A DNA stretch of 64,000 bases from Blastocatellia bacterium (lineage in GTDB: Bacteria > Acidobacteriota > Blastocatellia > Pyrinomonadales > Pyrinomonadaceae), in assembly GCA_040289905.1 (NCBI GenBank), contig PSMA01000012.1, positions 374 to 64,373 of the forward strand, given 5' to 3'. The translations under genes and the position numbers were made by a program. Positions 29,901 through 38,496 of this stretch are shown piece after piece. How positions within the stretch are numbered: the first letter of the stretch is position 1; every line of letters begins with the position of its first letter. Under the pieces are notes generated by a model, which was given only the letters and a program-made list of their open reading frames with translations, made no database searches and was not told where the DNA came from.

Positions 29901-30523
29901 ATTTCGCGGCCACGCACGATTCGGTAATGTTATCTCATAGCCTCCAAACTATTGCCGATGAGTTTTTACACAGCGGCGAATGGTGGGAGTACTCTTCTTT
30001 AATACAGCCCGCCGGCTACGCGAACACTCGCGCTGGAGAAATCGCGCGATTGCGCGAGCGAATAGGAGAATTGAACTGTCCGGCAGATGTCCGCGAGCAC
30101 TTGAAGCTGCGTCCGTTTTGTCGTTGCAGTTTTCGGCCAAGCGATCTGGAAGCGTGGGAATCACTCGTCGAAGATCTACGCAACGCAGTGCTAGAATCGC
30201 TCGCTACATTCCGTCGGTATTTGTCTGCCGATGCGGTCCGCTTGATGGCGGAAATCGAAAAGATTGTCAAAACCGACAAATCATCTGGCGCAAAGTCCGC
30301 CGCGGCTGAGCTAAAGGCGAAACTTATGGACCACGACGCTGTGACGGGATTCCCTGAATCCGAGCGCCGATTGCTTCTGAGTGCAATCCTCTCTTTGCAA
30401 GAGGCGGATTCAGGAATCGTTGCTAGTTCGGTCGGCGAAATGCCTAGAAAGACTTTTCGTGGCGTCGGAAGTAAGGTAGATCTTGCCCTTGAGCTTGATC
30501 AGGAAAAAGTCTCAGTGATTTAA
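26990..30523 (+). CDS. Large N-terminal P-loop NTPase, BrxC/PglY- or DUF6079-like by motif layout (function unknown)
   Basis: 1177 aa. Walker A is GYRGVGKSH (aa 66-74), a Walker-B-like ILLID is at aa 162-166, and YPLHP is at aa 273-277. I recognise nothing in the remaining ~900 aa. A C-terminal Cys cluster reads NCPADVREHLKLRPFCRC. That this is a real gene is near certain. The family call is from memory. Confidence 0.5.
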   Translation: MKRIQDKVKDIVTVRKCLVIQDFSGDPAQTLESYHFTDATSELMTKWLDRAAGMYDGRGSTVALAGYRGVGKSHFMAVFAALTGSPELRTKVSDSHVAAGAQGLLRRRYPIIQVRRGTEPTLLDEVRTAFASALGVPPAEIQADVNTILQAGRRKFGDMPIILLIDTAIERIERVSRNDGPLLAEIAEVARELNYFVGVALDDDIAGADGTNSAIVRTYSIDYLDQEHLYKVVDTYIFPKNQQKRALLHDIYEYFREVIPTFRWSEQKFTALYPLHPAILEVAPFVRLYIHDFALLGFASEAGERILGRPANSLIALDEVFDSAEAGLRKIADLSEAFEAYDRLNSDVVAKIPVMQRLQAKLVLKALLLLSLDGQGATSGEISSGMLIFDENDPQKAKKTVEELVRTFAAALPDDVRVYAEEGREVRYGLRVSSKDQLNKELDRAAAKVSDDAARTMLHRLFHERFSDSTFFGLDGAHKNVMECSLVWRGGVRRGRVVWSADGNSASATESSLHDWEVVIDLSDKEPEPADPSALTPRAFWKPTQLTNNEKLALKRFYVLNADADFREKFGEQIRPTLHSHLVLADRIFSRVFLEDARIVIDGFDYNFTEEARGAATLSEVFGFTLEPLFEVRYPKHPYFLHRLTTGEVSAIVSDLYSGARQRHAEVQQLAQTFALPLGLVRLREGVYLPESAEELLKLDYVRKVMELLEESGDAVPLREVYAALRIPPFGLVREAQQLVLSAMVAQRLIEFVTSKGDRINHRSLDLKIIWDDIVGLSRPQEVSYSTERLIRWAAKFVGDSGFTSFENSENISALESALDAWLAEWDEAATIDRFSALPPELLNTHSWRLASRVRTTLGAASDAVRQCLSKKIGFEECIGRISDLFLDDEKRFEAAAADLNKLAGFVHGFEQRVWIREYLAISDITSDEEIETLREALLWTLDRLDSTLDETLCREIGYLWAKFHREYTEYFAATHDSVMLSHSLQTIADEFLHSGEWWEYSSLIQPAGYANTRAGEIARLRERIGELNCPADVREHLKLRPFCRCSFRPSDLEAWESLVEDLRNAVLESLATFRRYLSADAVRLMAEIEKIVKTDKSSGAKSAAAELKAKLMDHDAVTGFPESERRLLLSAILSLQEADSGIVASSVGEMPRKTFRGVGSKVDLALELDQEKVSVI

Positions 30524-30533
30524 ATGCGGCTGT

Positions 30534-31451
30534 TTGCAAATCGCCGGGAGTAAGTTTAATTTAGCGCTTGTGAAAAGTTTTACGATTGTCGGAGCGGGCC
30601 GAGCGGGCGGCGCTCTCGCTTTGGCGTTGATCGGCGCCGGTTTTTCGTTGGATGCACTAATTAAGGGCAAGCCTAGTCTTCGTTCCGACTTGGCAAAGCG
30701 GCTGCCGCCGGAAACGCTGATTTTATCGCTCTCGGATGCAACAACGATCAGTTCGGATTTGCTTTTTATTGCCGTTCCAGACGATCAAATCAAGGTAGTT
30801 GCAGAGCGGCTTGCTGCAAGTGTCCAGCCGGGCATCGTCGCCTTTCATCTAAGCGGCGCTATCGGCTCGGACACTCTAAATCCGATTGCGGATCGCGGAG
30901 CCGACATCGGCTCGCTTCATCCACTGGTGTCGATCGCCGATCCGATTTCCGGAGTAAAGACGCTTCGCAGCGGCTATTTCGGTATCGAAGGCACGGATAG
31001 GGCAAGGAGAATCGGAAGCGAAATTGCTCGCAAGATCGGCTCCGGTTGGTTTGAAATAACGGCCGACAAAAAGCCACTTTACCATACGGCCGCAGTATTG
31101 GCCGCCGGCCACCTGGTTGCGTTATTGGATGCCGCATTCGAGGTGATTGAGCGGGCTATAGACCCGGATTCTCCGAGGTTTCTTCTCCCGCTCGTAAAAA
31201 GCGTTATAGAGAATCTGGAAAACACTAATACTGAAACCTCGCTGACCGGCCCACTAGCACGAGGCGATGCAAAAACCGTAGAGCGTCATTTAAAGGCTCT
31301 GACGTCATCCTTTTCAGCCAACCTAGCAAATATCTATATTTCCCTTGCGGAAAGGTCTGTAGAAATTGCACGCCGCGGCGGCGACTCCGAGACATTGAAA
31401 TCCGTCGAGATTCTTGAAGAGTTAAATATAGCCAAACGTCATTTGGCGTGA
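30534..31451 (+). CDS. Rossmann-fold NAD(P)-binding protein (DUF2520-type)
   Basis: The ORF starts at TTG 30534. The more likely start is GTG 30570, giving MKSFTIVGAGRAGGALA (GxGxxG). Length and C-terminal region fit the Rossmann-like plus DUF2520 architecture (from memory). Confidence 0.5.
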   Translation: MQIAGSKFNLALVKSFTIVGAGRAGGALALALIGAGFSLDALIKGKPSLRSDLAKRLPPETLILSLSDATTISSDLLFIAVPDDQIKVVAERLAASVQPGIVAFHLSGAIGSDTLNPIADRGADIGSLHPLVSIADPISGVKTLRSGYFGIEGTDRARRIGSEIARKIGSGWFEITADKKPLYHTAAVLAAGHLVALLDAAFEVIERAIDPDSPRFLLPLVKSVIENLENTNTETSLTGPLARGDAKTVERHLKALTSSFSANLANIYISLAERSVEIARRGGDSETLKSVEILEELNIAKRHLA

Positions 31452-31467
31452 TAAAATCGCTATTGCG

Positions 31468-31989
31468 ATGGCAAAAGCGAAAGACGAGTTTGTTCAGGAA
31501 AAAAAGATTTTTCTGGAACACATCCGAAAGTTTGGACTGCGGCGTACCGATCAGCGCGATCTCATTCTTGAGACGTTTTTGCGAACGGAAGACCATCTCA
31601 CGAGCGAAGATCTGTATTGGTTGGTTCATAAAAAAGATCCAACGATCGGACATACGACGGTTTATCGAACTCTCAAACTCTTGACAGAAGCGGGGCTTGC
31701 CCGCGAAGTCCGCTTCGGCGATAACAAAACTTATTACGAGCACCATTTTAATCATGAGCACCACGACCATATGATTTGCACGGAATGTGGCCGTGTTATT
31801 GAGTTTGTCTCGCCGGAGATCGAAGCGCTGCAGGAGCAAATGGCAGACAAATTTGGCTTTCGTTTGTCGCATCACAGCCTCAGGATGTGGGGAGCGTGCG
31901 CGAAATGCCAGGAAACAAAGAAGGCAATAAAGATGCCGCCGTCCGGGGCGCAGCCGAAGGTGCGCGTTCGGGGCGGATTGCACAGATGA
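31468..31989 (+). CDS. Fur-family transcriptional regulator
   Basis: 173 aa with a winged-helix region (TTVYRTLKLL), the metal sites HHDHMICTECG and CAKC, and a basic C-terminal tail. Confidence 0.85.
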   Translation: MAKAKDEFVQEKKIFLEHIRKFGLRRTDQRDLILETFLRTEDHLTSEDLYWLVHKKDPTIGHTTVYRTLKLLTEAGLAREVRFGDNKTYYEHHFNHEHHDHMICTECGRVIEFVSPEIEALQEQMADKFGFRLSHHSLRMWGACAKCQETKKAIKMPPSGAQPKVRVRGGLHR

Positions 31990-32600
31990 ATTATCCGGTT
32001 GCTGACGGCGTTGAAATTACTTTTGTGCCGTCCGGCATCAGCGGTTTAGTGGCTGTCGGTACTTATGTCGAGGAAGCGGCAAGGAGACTTGGGGTAAAGC
32101 TCAGAGGGAAATGTTTTGCACGAAAAGGCGTGCATTTTTGCCAGTTTTCCGTTTTAGACGACTCTGTTCTTTCGCCGCCGACGTCAGAGGAAAGAAAATT
32201 CTTTGTCGATAAAATGCAGGATTCGACCGGAACTCGAAGACTCGGCTGCCAAGCCCGATTCGATCGACCCTGTACCGTAGAGGTAGTTATGCCAGCGGGC
32301 GATGAGAAAAATGAAAGCGAAAACGAACACCGAAGCGATAGCGCTGCAAAACAAAATCAGGAATATATAAAGTTTTTTTCTGCACTTCCACTAGAACAGA
32401 AAATTGCCGAATTAGTTAAGCTCGAGGCAATAACTTTTGCCGACACAATGGATTACGTACTAAATGCACCGTTTAATGTCGGCGATAAAATTTTAACTGC
32501 GTTGGCTAATTTTGGTCTGGATATCGAGCGCAAAGAATCCGACGCAGCTCGGCCGCGGGAGCATATTGAAAAACCTGCCGCCAGCGACGAGAAAGAATGA
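31986..32600 (+). CDS. Hypothetical protein with a 2Fe-2S-ferredoxin-like N-terminal fold and atypical Cys spacing
   Basis: ATG 31986 overlaps the fur stop (ATGA). The N-terminus is MNYPVADGVEITFVPSG...RRLGCQARF. Its four Cys are spaced C-x8-C ... C-x8-C rather than the canonical C-x4-C-x2-C. The C-terminal half is acidic and helical. The longer ORF-track version (31887) overlaps fur and is unlikely. Confidence 0.4.
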   Translation: MNYPVADGVEITFVPSGISGLVAVGTYVEEAARRLGVKLRGKCFARKGVHFCQFSVLDDSVLSPPTSEERKFFVDKMQDSTGTRRLGCQARFDRPCTVEVVMPAGDEKNESENEHRSDSAAKQNQEYIKFFSALPLEQKIAELVKLEAITFADTMDYVLNAPFNVGDKILTALANFGLDIERKESDAARPREHIEKPAASDEKE

Positions 32601-33454
32601 AGCCCGGTCAACTGCAACGACAAGGATCAATTTTCGGCGATAAAGGTCACGCATTTTTGGCGGCGATCATAATTGCCGCGATGCTTGGAGTAATGTATGT
32701 GCCGATTTTTGTGGTTTTCTTTTTCTCGGTATTCGCGTTCTTCGTCTACAAGAGCCTGGCGGGAAATAATCGAAATTTGACACATGAGATATTTGAGTTC
32801 TATTTAACCGCCAATGAAATGCTACGCGACGACGAAAGACGCTGGTTTGGCTTTGAGATACGTGACGCAATCGGACGCGGCGAATCGATCGTAGAGCGGA
32901 TGTCAACTGCGCCGCCGTTGCTACGATTTGCAATAGGAGCTCTTTACAACAAAATTGGCGAGCATAAATCTGCAATTTCGTATCTTGCCTCTGCGGTGGA
33001 ACAGTCCTCCGGTGACGAACTAAAAATTGTGTATCCGACATCAGAGTTGCGCGATTACGTTCGCGTCCTGCGAAAGATCGAGCGTTCGCCTGCGGAAGCA
33101 CCTCTTACCTCCGCATCTGTTAGGTCGTTAGAGCGAATTAGGCGTTTTCGAGGGGCGGTATTGCTCGAGGAAAGCAGAAAAGCTTTTGCCACGTACGAGC
33201 CGAAACCGATTGAAGACTCCGATCGGATAGCTGACAAACTTTTGCAGCAATCGGCTGTGGAAAGCCGTTTAATGGGCGAGGAGCCGCCGCCAGTTGTAAC
33301 GGTCGAAGTGCTTAAAACCGATGTGCGATCGGCTGAGTCAGGCGTCAAGAACTGCAGCGCGGTGGAGCCCTCAGCGGATGAAAAACCTTTCGGTTCGCGG
33401 AAGCCGATAACGGAAGTTCTACACGATATCTACGATAGTCAAGCTTCGCGCTGA
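32597..33454 (+). CDS. Hypothetical membrane protein (2 TM, then a helical TPR-like cytoplasmic domain)
   Basis: 285 aa. Its start overlaps the previous stop (ATGA). TM segments are FLAAIIIAAMLGVMYVPIFVVFFFSVFAFFVY. Confidence 0.4.
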   Translation: MKPGQLQRQGSIFGDKGHAFLAAIIIAAMLGVMYVPIFVVFFFSVFAFFVYKSLAGNNRNLTHEIFEFYLTANEMLRDDERRWFGFEIRDAIGRGESIVERMSTAPPLLRFAIGALYNKIGEHKSAISYLASAVEQSSGDELKIVYPTSELRDYVRVLRKIERSPAEAPLTSASVRSLERIRRFRGAVLLEESRKAFATYEPKPIEDSDRIADKLLQQSAVESRLMGEEPPPVVTVEVLKTDVRSAESGVKNCSAVEPSADEKPFGSRKPITEVLHDIYDSQASR

Positions 33455-33459
33455 AGACG

Positions 33460-34977
33460 CTATCTCAGTCCAAAAAAACGGCGAATGGCGTTGACGATGC
33501 CGGGTTGAGAAGCCGGCTCGTTCCATTCGGCTTCTGCAGGGGGATCAGGCAAGAGATTTCGACGCTCCTCGACTATTTCAGAAACTACGCGGAGCAATTC
33601 CGGGTTATTTTCAAACAGTGGTTTCATAGCTGCTTTTCTAATCTGAAGCAACTCTGTTTCTACTTCAGCGACGACGTTTGCTGTTCGCAGTTCGCCTGTT
33701 AAGAGGCTCATTTCGCCGAAGAAGTCATGAGCGCTTAGTTTCCTAACTACCAATGGTCCATTGGCAGTCGGCACCTCGACCGAGACGGTGCCACGGACAA
33801 TAACGAACATTGAGCCGCCCTCTTGCCCTTTTCGGACTATCAATTCGCCGGGAGCGAATATCCGCCGCGACGCTGATTTAGCAAGCTGTTGTATCTCTTC
33901 TTCGTTCAGGGGAGCGAAGATAGGAACCGCGCAGAGTATTTCCACGGCGGCGTTAAATTGCTCTTCGACGGGTGCTTTCCCTGCGTGCCGCTCTATTCGA
34001 ACTATCCGTGTTGGAAACGGAAATGTGATTCCCTCGCGTTGAAAGGCATACCAAATTCGCTGGCGGACGATTGCGTCCGTATCATTGAACCGGCTGTAGT
34101 CTTCGATCCAATATTTGACTTCCCACTCGATTGCGCTGTCGCCGAAATTTCTGATCCGGACAACAGGCCTTCTCCGCGGAGATACATTTTCGACCTGCCG
34201 GACGGCTTCACGTACAACCTGGATCGTAGTTGCCGGAGAGTTTGAGTAGCTGGTCGAAAAGTTGACGAGCCTTGCCGTTTCACCGTTTTGCCGAGCGATT
34301 TCAATCATCTCCTTCCCCAGGGCCGCGTTCGAAATCACTAGTACTTTCCCCTGGAAAGTGCGGAATTTTACGCCACGCCATGAAACTGATTCGACTATCC
34401 CCGTGCCGCGATTGGGAATGGTAATAACGTCGCCAACCTGAAAAAGCTGATCCGCCTGCAGCGCGATACCGGCAAAGAGATTGCCGAGCGTATCTTGGAG
34501 TGCAAGACCGACGACTATACCCAAAATAGCCGAACCGGTAAAAAGTGGTGCAAGCTGGACGCCCGGATACTGTGACTGGAAGATTATGAAGAATGCAACA
34601 ATGTAAACGATTACGGACAGAACCGTTTTTACGAGGGAGACAATCTCGTTTTGCGACGTTTTTCTAATGATCGAACCGAAGACGAGCCGGACGATCAAGC
34701 GGACGACTATGATGACAAATGCCATCCAGAGGAGAATCTTGAAAATCCTTATCAGGTTTTCCAAAAGTTCGACCGCGGCGGCCGTCATCATCTGCGGCCC
34801 CTGGCCGCCCGATTGCGGAATCAAATGACCGCGTTCATCGATGGCAAACGAAAGATGAGCGACCGCATACGAACGCCCCCAATTTTCCGAAACGGATATT
34901 GCAATAAGAGCGAGAATTAAAATTACGAGGGCAATCGCCGAAGTCAGAATTTTTCGATACGTTTCCTTAAGCGGCAT
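33460..34977 (-). CDS. MscS-family mechanosensitive channel with a C-terminal cyclic-nucleotide-binding domain
   Basis: 505 aa with an MscS core (LGNLFAGIALQADQLFQVGDVI) and a cNMP-binding motif (FFGEMSLLTGELRTANVVA). Confidence 0.8.
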   Translation of the reverse strand: MPLKETYRKILTSAIALVILILALIAISVSENWGRSYAVAHLSFAIDERGHLIPQSGGQGPQMMTAAAVELLENLIRIFKILLWMAFVIIVVRLIVRLVFGSIIRKTSQNEIVSLVKTVLSVIVYIVAFFIIFQSQYPGVQLAPLFTGSAILGIVVGLALQDTLGNLFAGIALQADQLFQVGDVITIPNRGTGIVESVSWRGVKFRTFQGKVLVISNAALGKEMIEIARQNGETARLVNFSTSYSNSPATTIQVVREAVRQVENVSPRRRPVVRIRNFGDSAIEWEVKYWIEDYSRFNDTDAIVRQRIWYAFQREGITFPFPTRIVRIERHAGKAPVEEQFNAAVEILCAVPIFAPLNEEEIQQLAKSASRRIFAPGELIVRKGQEGGSMFVIVRGTVSVEVPTANGPLVVRKLSAHDFFGEMSLLTGELRTANVVAEVETELLQIRKAAMKPLFENNPELLRVVSEIVEERRNLLPDPPAEAEWNEPASQPGIVNAIRRFFGLR

Positions 34978-35116
34978 ACGTCAAGAACCTAATCGTTAGC
35001 AATTTTAACCTACAAGCGCAAAAGTATATACCACTTCTTCTGGGTTTCGAATTGAACGTGAAGAGGCTCGCGCCAAGGTTTCGGCAGGAGCGGTAAAGCG
35101 CGCTAGAATTGCCGCT

Positions 35117-36856
35117 ATGCACCTATCTGAATTTCATCTCAACCGATTCTTACCGTCGAAATTCATTCTTTTTTTTGTTTTTCTCTTATTGCCAATTGCA
35201 GCGGTGCGAGCCGCGTGGCCGGAGCCAGTTCGAGCTCAGCGGACTATGGTCGCCTCGCAACACGAGCTTGCATCAAAGATCGGCGTCGAAATTATGAGAA
35301 AGGGTGGTAACGCTGTCGATGCAGCGATCGCCGTCGGGCTTGCTCTCGCGGTCGTTTACCCGGAAGCGGGGAATATTGGCGGCGGCGGTTTTATGCTTAT
35401 ACGCTTTAACGACGGCACTATAAAGGCCATCGATTACCGCGAGATGGCGCCGAGAGCGGCGAGCCGCAATATGTTTGTCAATGAAAAAGGCGAACTAATA
35501 CGCGACGAGGGATCTTCAACCGTAGGCTACCGTGCATCGGGAGTTCCGGGAACACTAGCGGGTTTCGAGCTTGCGTTCAAAAAATACGGCTCTAGAAAGA
35601 TTAGTTGGCGCGAACTCGTGGAGCCGGCCCGTATTTTAGCAAGAGATGGCTATATTCTCAGCCATCGGCTTGCGGAACTTTTGTATGCTTACCGCGAAAC
35701 GCTATCGAAATATCCGGAAAGCAATCGGGTCTTTTTACGAAATGGCAAGTTTTACAAGGAGGGCGATCGATTTTTTCAGCCTGAACTAGCCGAGACGTTG
35801 AGGCGAATCGGACTATTCGGAGCGGCCGAATTTTACAAAGGTCGGACGGCACGCTTGATAGCCGCCGATATGAAGGCCAATGGTGGTTTAATTACGCTGG
35901 AAGACCTCGAAGCGTATAGGCCGATCGAGCGCACGCCGCTTCGGGGAACTTACCGCGGTTACGAAATCGTAACAATGCCTCCGCCGAGCTCCGGCGGCCT
36001 TGTGATGCTGGAGGTTTTGAATATTTTGGAAGGCTTTAACATCCGAGAACTGGGCTACAACTCGGCCGCAACACTACACGTCCTGGTTGAGTCAATGCGG
36101 CGGGCCTTTGCCGATCGAGCGGAATTTATGGCAGATCCGGACTTTGCTGACGTCCCGGTCGGGAAACTAGTTGATAAGAGCTACGCAGATGCGCTCCGTC
36201 GAACGATAAGCGTCGACAAAGCAACCGCGAGCAGCAAAATTCGGCCTGGCAGCCAAATGATAACTGAAGGAAACGAAACAACACACTATACGGTCATCGA
36301 TGCGGAAGGCAATGTTGTGTCGAATACTTATACAATCAACGATTTGTACGGATCTCGCGTCACGATCAAAGGGACGGGTATCGTGATGAACGACGAGATG
36401 GATGACTTTGCAGCCCGGCCAGGTTTGCCAAATCTTTTTGGCCTGATTCAGGGTGAAAGAAACAAAATTGAACCTGGGAAAAGACCGCTTTCATCGATGA
36501 CGCCGACTATCGTTTTAAGAAAAGACGGGAGTTTTTGGTTCGCGCTTGGTGCGCGAGGTGGGCCGAGGATCATTTCTGCAGTACTGCAGGCGGTGATCAA
36601 CGTCATTGACCATGATATGAACATCCAGCAGGCAATCGACGCCCCAAGACTCCACCATCAGTGGATTCCTGACGAGATAGCGTACGAACCTTACGGTTTG
36701 TCACCCGATACGATTTCTGTTTTACGCGGGTACGGACACATTTTTGCTTCGCGGCCGGTATATCTCGCGTCGGCGACGGGAATTATGGTCGGATCCGACG
36801 GTGTTCGATACGGGGCAATTGATTCGCGAAGTGACGGAAAGGCAGTCGGCTATTGA
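35117..36856 (+). CDS. ggt: Gamma-glutamyltransferase
   Basis: 579 aa with a signal peptide, GGNAVDAAIA, and the autoprocessing-site region GNETTHYTVID. Confidence 0.9.
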   Translation: MHLSEFHLNRFLPSKFILFFVFLLLPIAAVRAAWPEPVRAQRTMVASQHELASKIGVEIMRKGGNAVDAAIAVGLALAVVYPEAGNIGGGGFMLIRFNDGTIKAIDYREMAPRAASRNMFVNEKGELIRDEGSSTVGYRASGVPGTLAGFELAFKKYGSRKISWRELVEPARILARDGYILSHRLAELLYAYRETLSKYPESNRVFLRNGKFYKEGDRFFQPELAETLRRIGLFGAAEFYKGRTARLIAADMKANGGLITLEDLEAYRPIERTPLRGTYRGYEIVTMPPPSSGGLVMLEVLNILEGFNIRELGYNSAATLHVLVESMRRAFADRAEFMADPDFADVPVGKLVDKSYADALRRTISVDKATASSKIRPGSQMITEGNETTHYTVIDAEGNVVSNTYTINDLYGSRVTIKGTGIVMNDEMDDFAARPGLPNLFGLIQGERNKIEPGKRPLSSMTPTIVLRKDGSFWFALGARGGPRIISAVLQAVINVIDHDMNIQQAIDAPRLHHQWIPDEIAYEPYGLSPDTISVLRGYGHIFASRPVYLASATGIMVGSDGVRYGAIDSRSDGKAVGY

Positions 36857-36859
36857 TTC

Positions 36860-37393
36860 TTAGTCCTGGTTTTTAAGGAGTTTCGTAGTCATTTCGGTTA
36901 TGCTGCTCGGTTCCGTCGGCCGGAACGGCCCCCGCCGGTGCCTCGAAAAAGCCGCGAGGTCGGCGCCGGACTCTTGAGCGTTTGCCACGAGTGCGCCCTC
37001 GCCGGCCTGTTTGTGCGGTAGCTCGAGCTGAGTGGGAAGTTTAGATTTGGCGTACTCCATCGAGCGGCCATTTGGCGGAAGGAAAGCAATCGAGATTACC
37101 AGTAGCATCACAGAACTGAAAAGGCCAAAAACAGCCGATGCTGCCACCAAAAACTCCGCATTCAAAATCCCAAAGAACGCCGGTAACATTATTAGCCAAA
37201 AGATCAGCCAAAGAATTGTAAAGAAGATGCCATTTCGCCGTGTAAAGATACCCGATTTCGACGATTCTGCGATCTCCGGCAACGTCCCGTCGTTTTCCAG
37301 CAATCTCGCAACGATCGGCAACCGGAAACCGCATTGCGAACAAAACTTCACTTCTCTCGATATTTGCTTCTGGCCGCAACGCGGACAATGCAT
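36860..37393 (-). CDS. Zinc-ribbon membrane protein (hypothetical)
   Basis: The likely start is MHCPRCGQ...FCSQCG (ATG at 37393). The ORF track extends to 37465. Two TM segments follow the ribbon. Confidence 0.5.
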   Translation of the reverse strand: MHCPRCGQKQISREVKFCSQCGFRLPIVARLLENDGTLPEIAESSKSGIFTRRNGIFFTILWLIFWLIMLPAFFGILNAEFLVAASAVFGLFSSVMLLVISIAFLPPNGRSMEYAKSKLPTQLELPHKQAGEGALVANAQESGADLAAFSRHRRGPFRPTEPSSITEMTTKLLKNQD

Positions 37394-37486
37394 ACAAGGC
37401 TCCTGTAGGTTCCGCCAAGCGAAATTATTTGACCTGCTGCCGAGTCTAGGAACGAATACTTTCACGAAAATGTTCCAAAAGCAAGT

Positions 37487-37963
37487 TTATATCCGCGGCG
37501 GTTTCCTTCCGGTCAGTATCTGGTAGGCAGAAAAGGCTCGTCCCTGATAGTGAGCGGCGCGCGCAAAGGCATCGATAATTATTTCCCCGATGGTACGCAA
37601 ATCGTTTGGAGCGGGAATCTTCGCATGCAACTCCCTGTCAGACTTGATAAAGCCAAAGGCCTGTTGGCGCAGTGATTCAACTTCATTTAGGTATTCGCGT
37701 ACCAGCTCTTTAGACGTTAATTTTTCAGGAAGCGTCCATTCGAAGGGATCGTCCCAAAGCCTGCGGGTAATGCCGCCGGCAAATTGCTCGACCGCCGCCG
37801 CAGATCGGAGAAGAAATTCGCCGGTTGAAAGCGGGGTTAAGTTAGCTACAGTGTTCTTCGGGCGTAAATAGAGTTCTTCCTGTGAAAGTATATCCAGTAA
37901 CTCGGACGACCTTTTATGAATCTGCCGAAAGGCGGCGTCGAAAAACTCAATTACTTGCGACAT
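37487..37963 (-). CDS. DinB-like helical-bundle protein (hypothetical)
   Basis: 158 aa, all-helical. It resembles the DinB_2 family only loosely. Confidence 0.35.
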   Translation of the reverse strand: MSQVIEFFDAAFRQIHKRSSELLDILSQEELYLRPKNTVANLTPLSTGEFLLRSAAAVEQFAGGITRRLWDDPFEWTLPEKLTSKELVREYLNEVESLRQQAFGFIKSDRELHAKIPAPNDLRTIGEIIIDAFARAAHYQGRAFSAYQILTGRKPPRI

Positions 37964-38037
37964 CCTCTACGCGATAAGCATTCGGGGCGACCTTTGGTAT
38001 GCGCGCCGACGAGTACTTTGGAAATAGTGCCAGAAAA

Positions 38038-38421
38038 TTAGCGTTTACGGAATTTGCGATCTTTTTCGTACATTCCAAGTCCGTAATTCCGTCCTTTCCA
38101 GTTAACGCCACTTCCTATTCTGCCTTTGACGCCGACTTCGGTGCCTTTGCTCGGTACGACGTCATCCGTGAAAATCCACAAACTGCCGGTACCGTCATCT
38201 ATTTTATAAGCGCCGCCCTTGACGGGCGTTCCGGGAATGGAAATTCCGTAACTGTCCCGAACGGTGCCGGCGACGGCAATATCCTTGTCGTAATATTTTG
38301 CTGGATTGGCCTCAATTTCCGCGATTGTCACGCGTTTTGGACAGGCGGCAGCGAAAGCTGCAATCGAAATGGCTAATGCGATCAATGCAAATCTCATCTT
38401 GTTCATTCCTCGCTTCTTCAC
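38038..38421 (-). CDS. Small lipoprotein, possibly OB-fold
   Basis: 127 aa with a lipobox (AAFAAAC) and a beta-rich body (DIAVAGTVRD...YKIDDGTGSLWIF). Confidence 0.45.
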   Translation of the reverse strand: MKKRGMNKMRFALIALAISIAAFAAACPKRVTIAEIEANPAKYYDKDIAVAGTVRDSYGISIPGTPVKGGAYKIDDGTGSLWIFTDDVVPSKGTEVGVKGRIGSGVNWKGRNYGLGMYEKDRKFRKR

Positions 38422-38496
38422 ACTCCTCTTTTTTTCAAGCGTTATTCCGCGAAAGGACGGAAATCGACAGATCAGATTCGATTTGATCTGCAGAGT

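Noticed and set aside
31449-31470. A Fur box upstream of the fur-family gene (TGATAAAATCGCTATTGCG).
   Set aside because: It matches the 19-bp GATAATGATAATCATTATC consensus poorly. Only the short ATCGC/GCGAT inverted repeat is solid, and that is mentioned under the fur finding.
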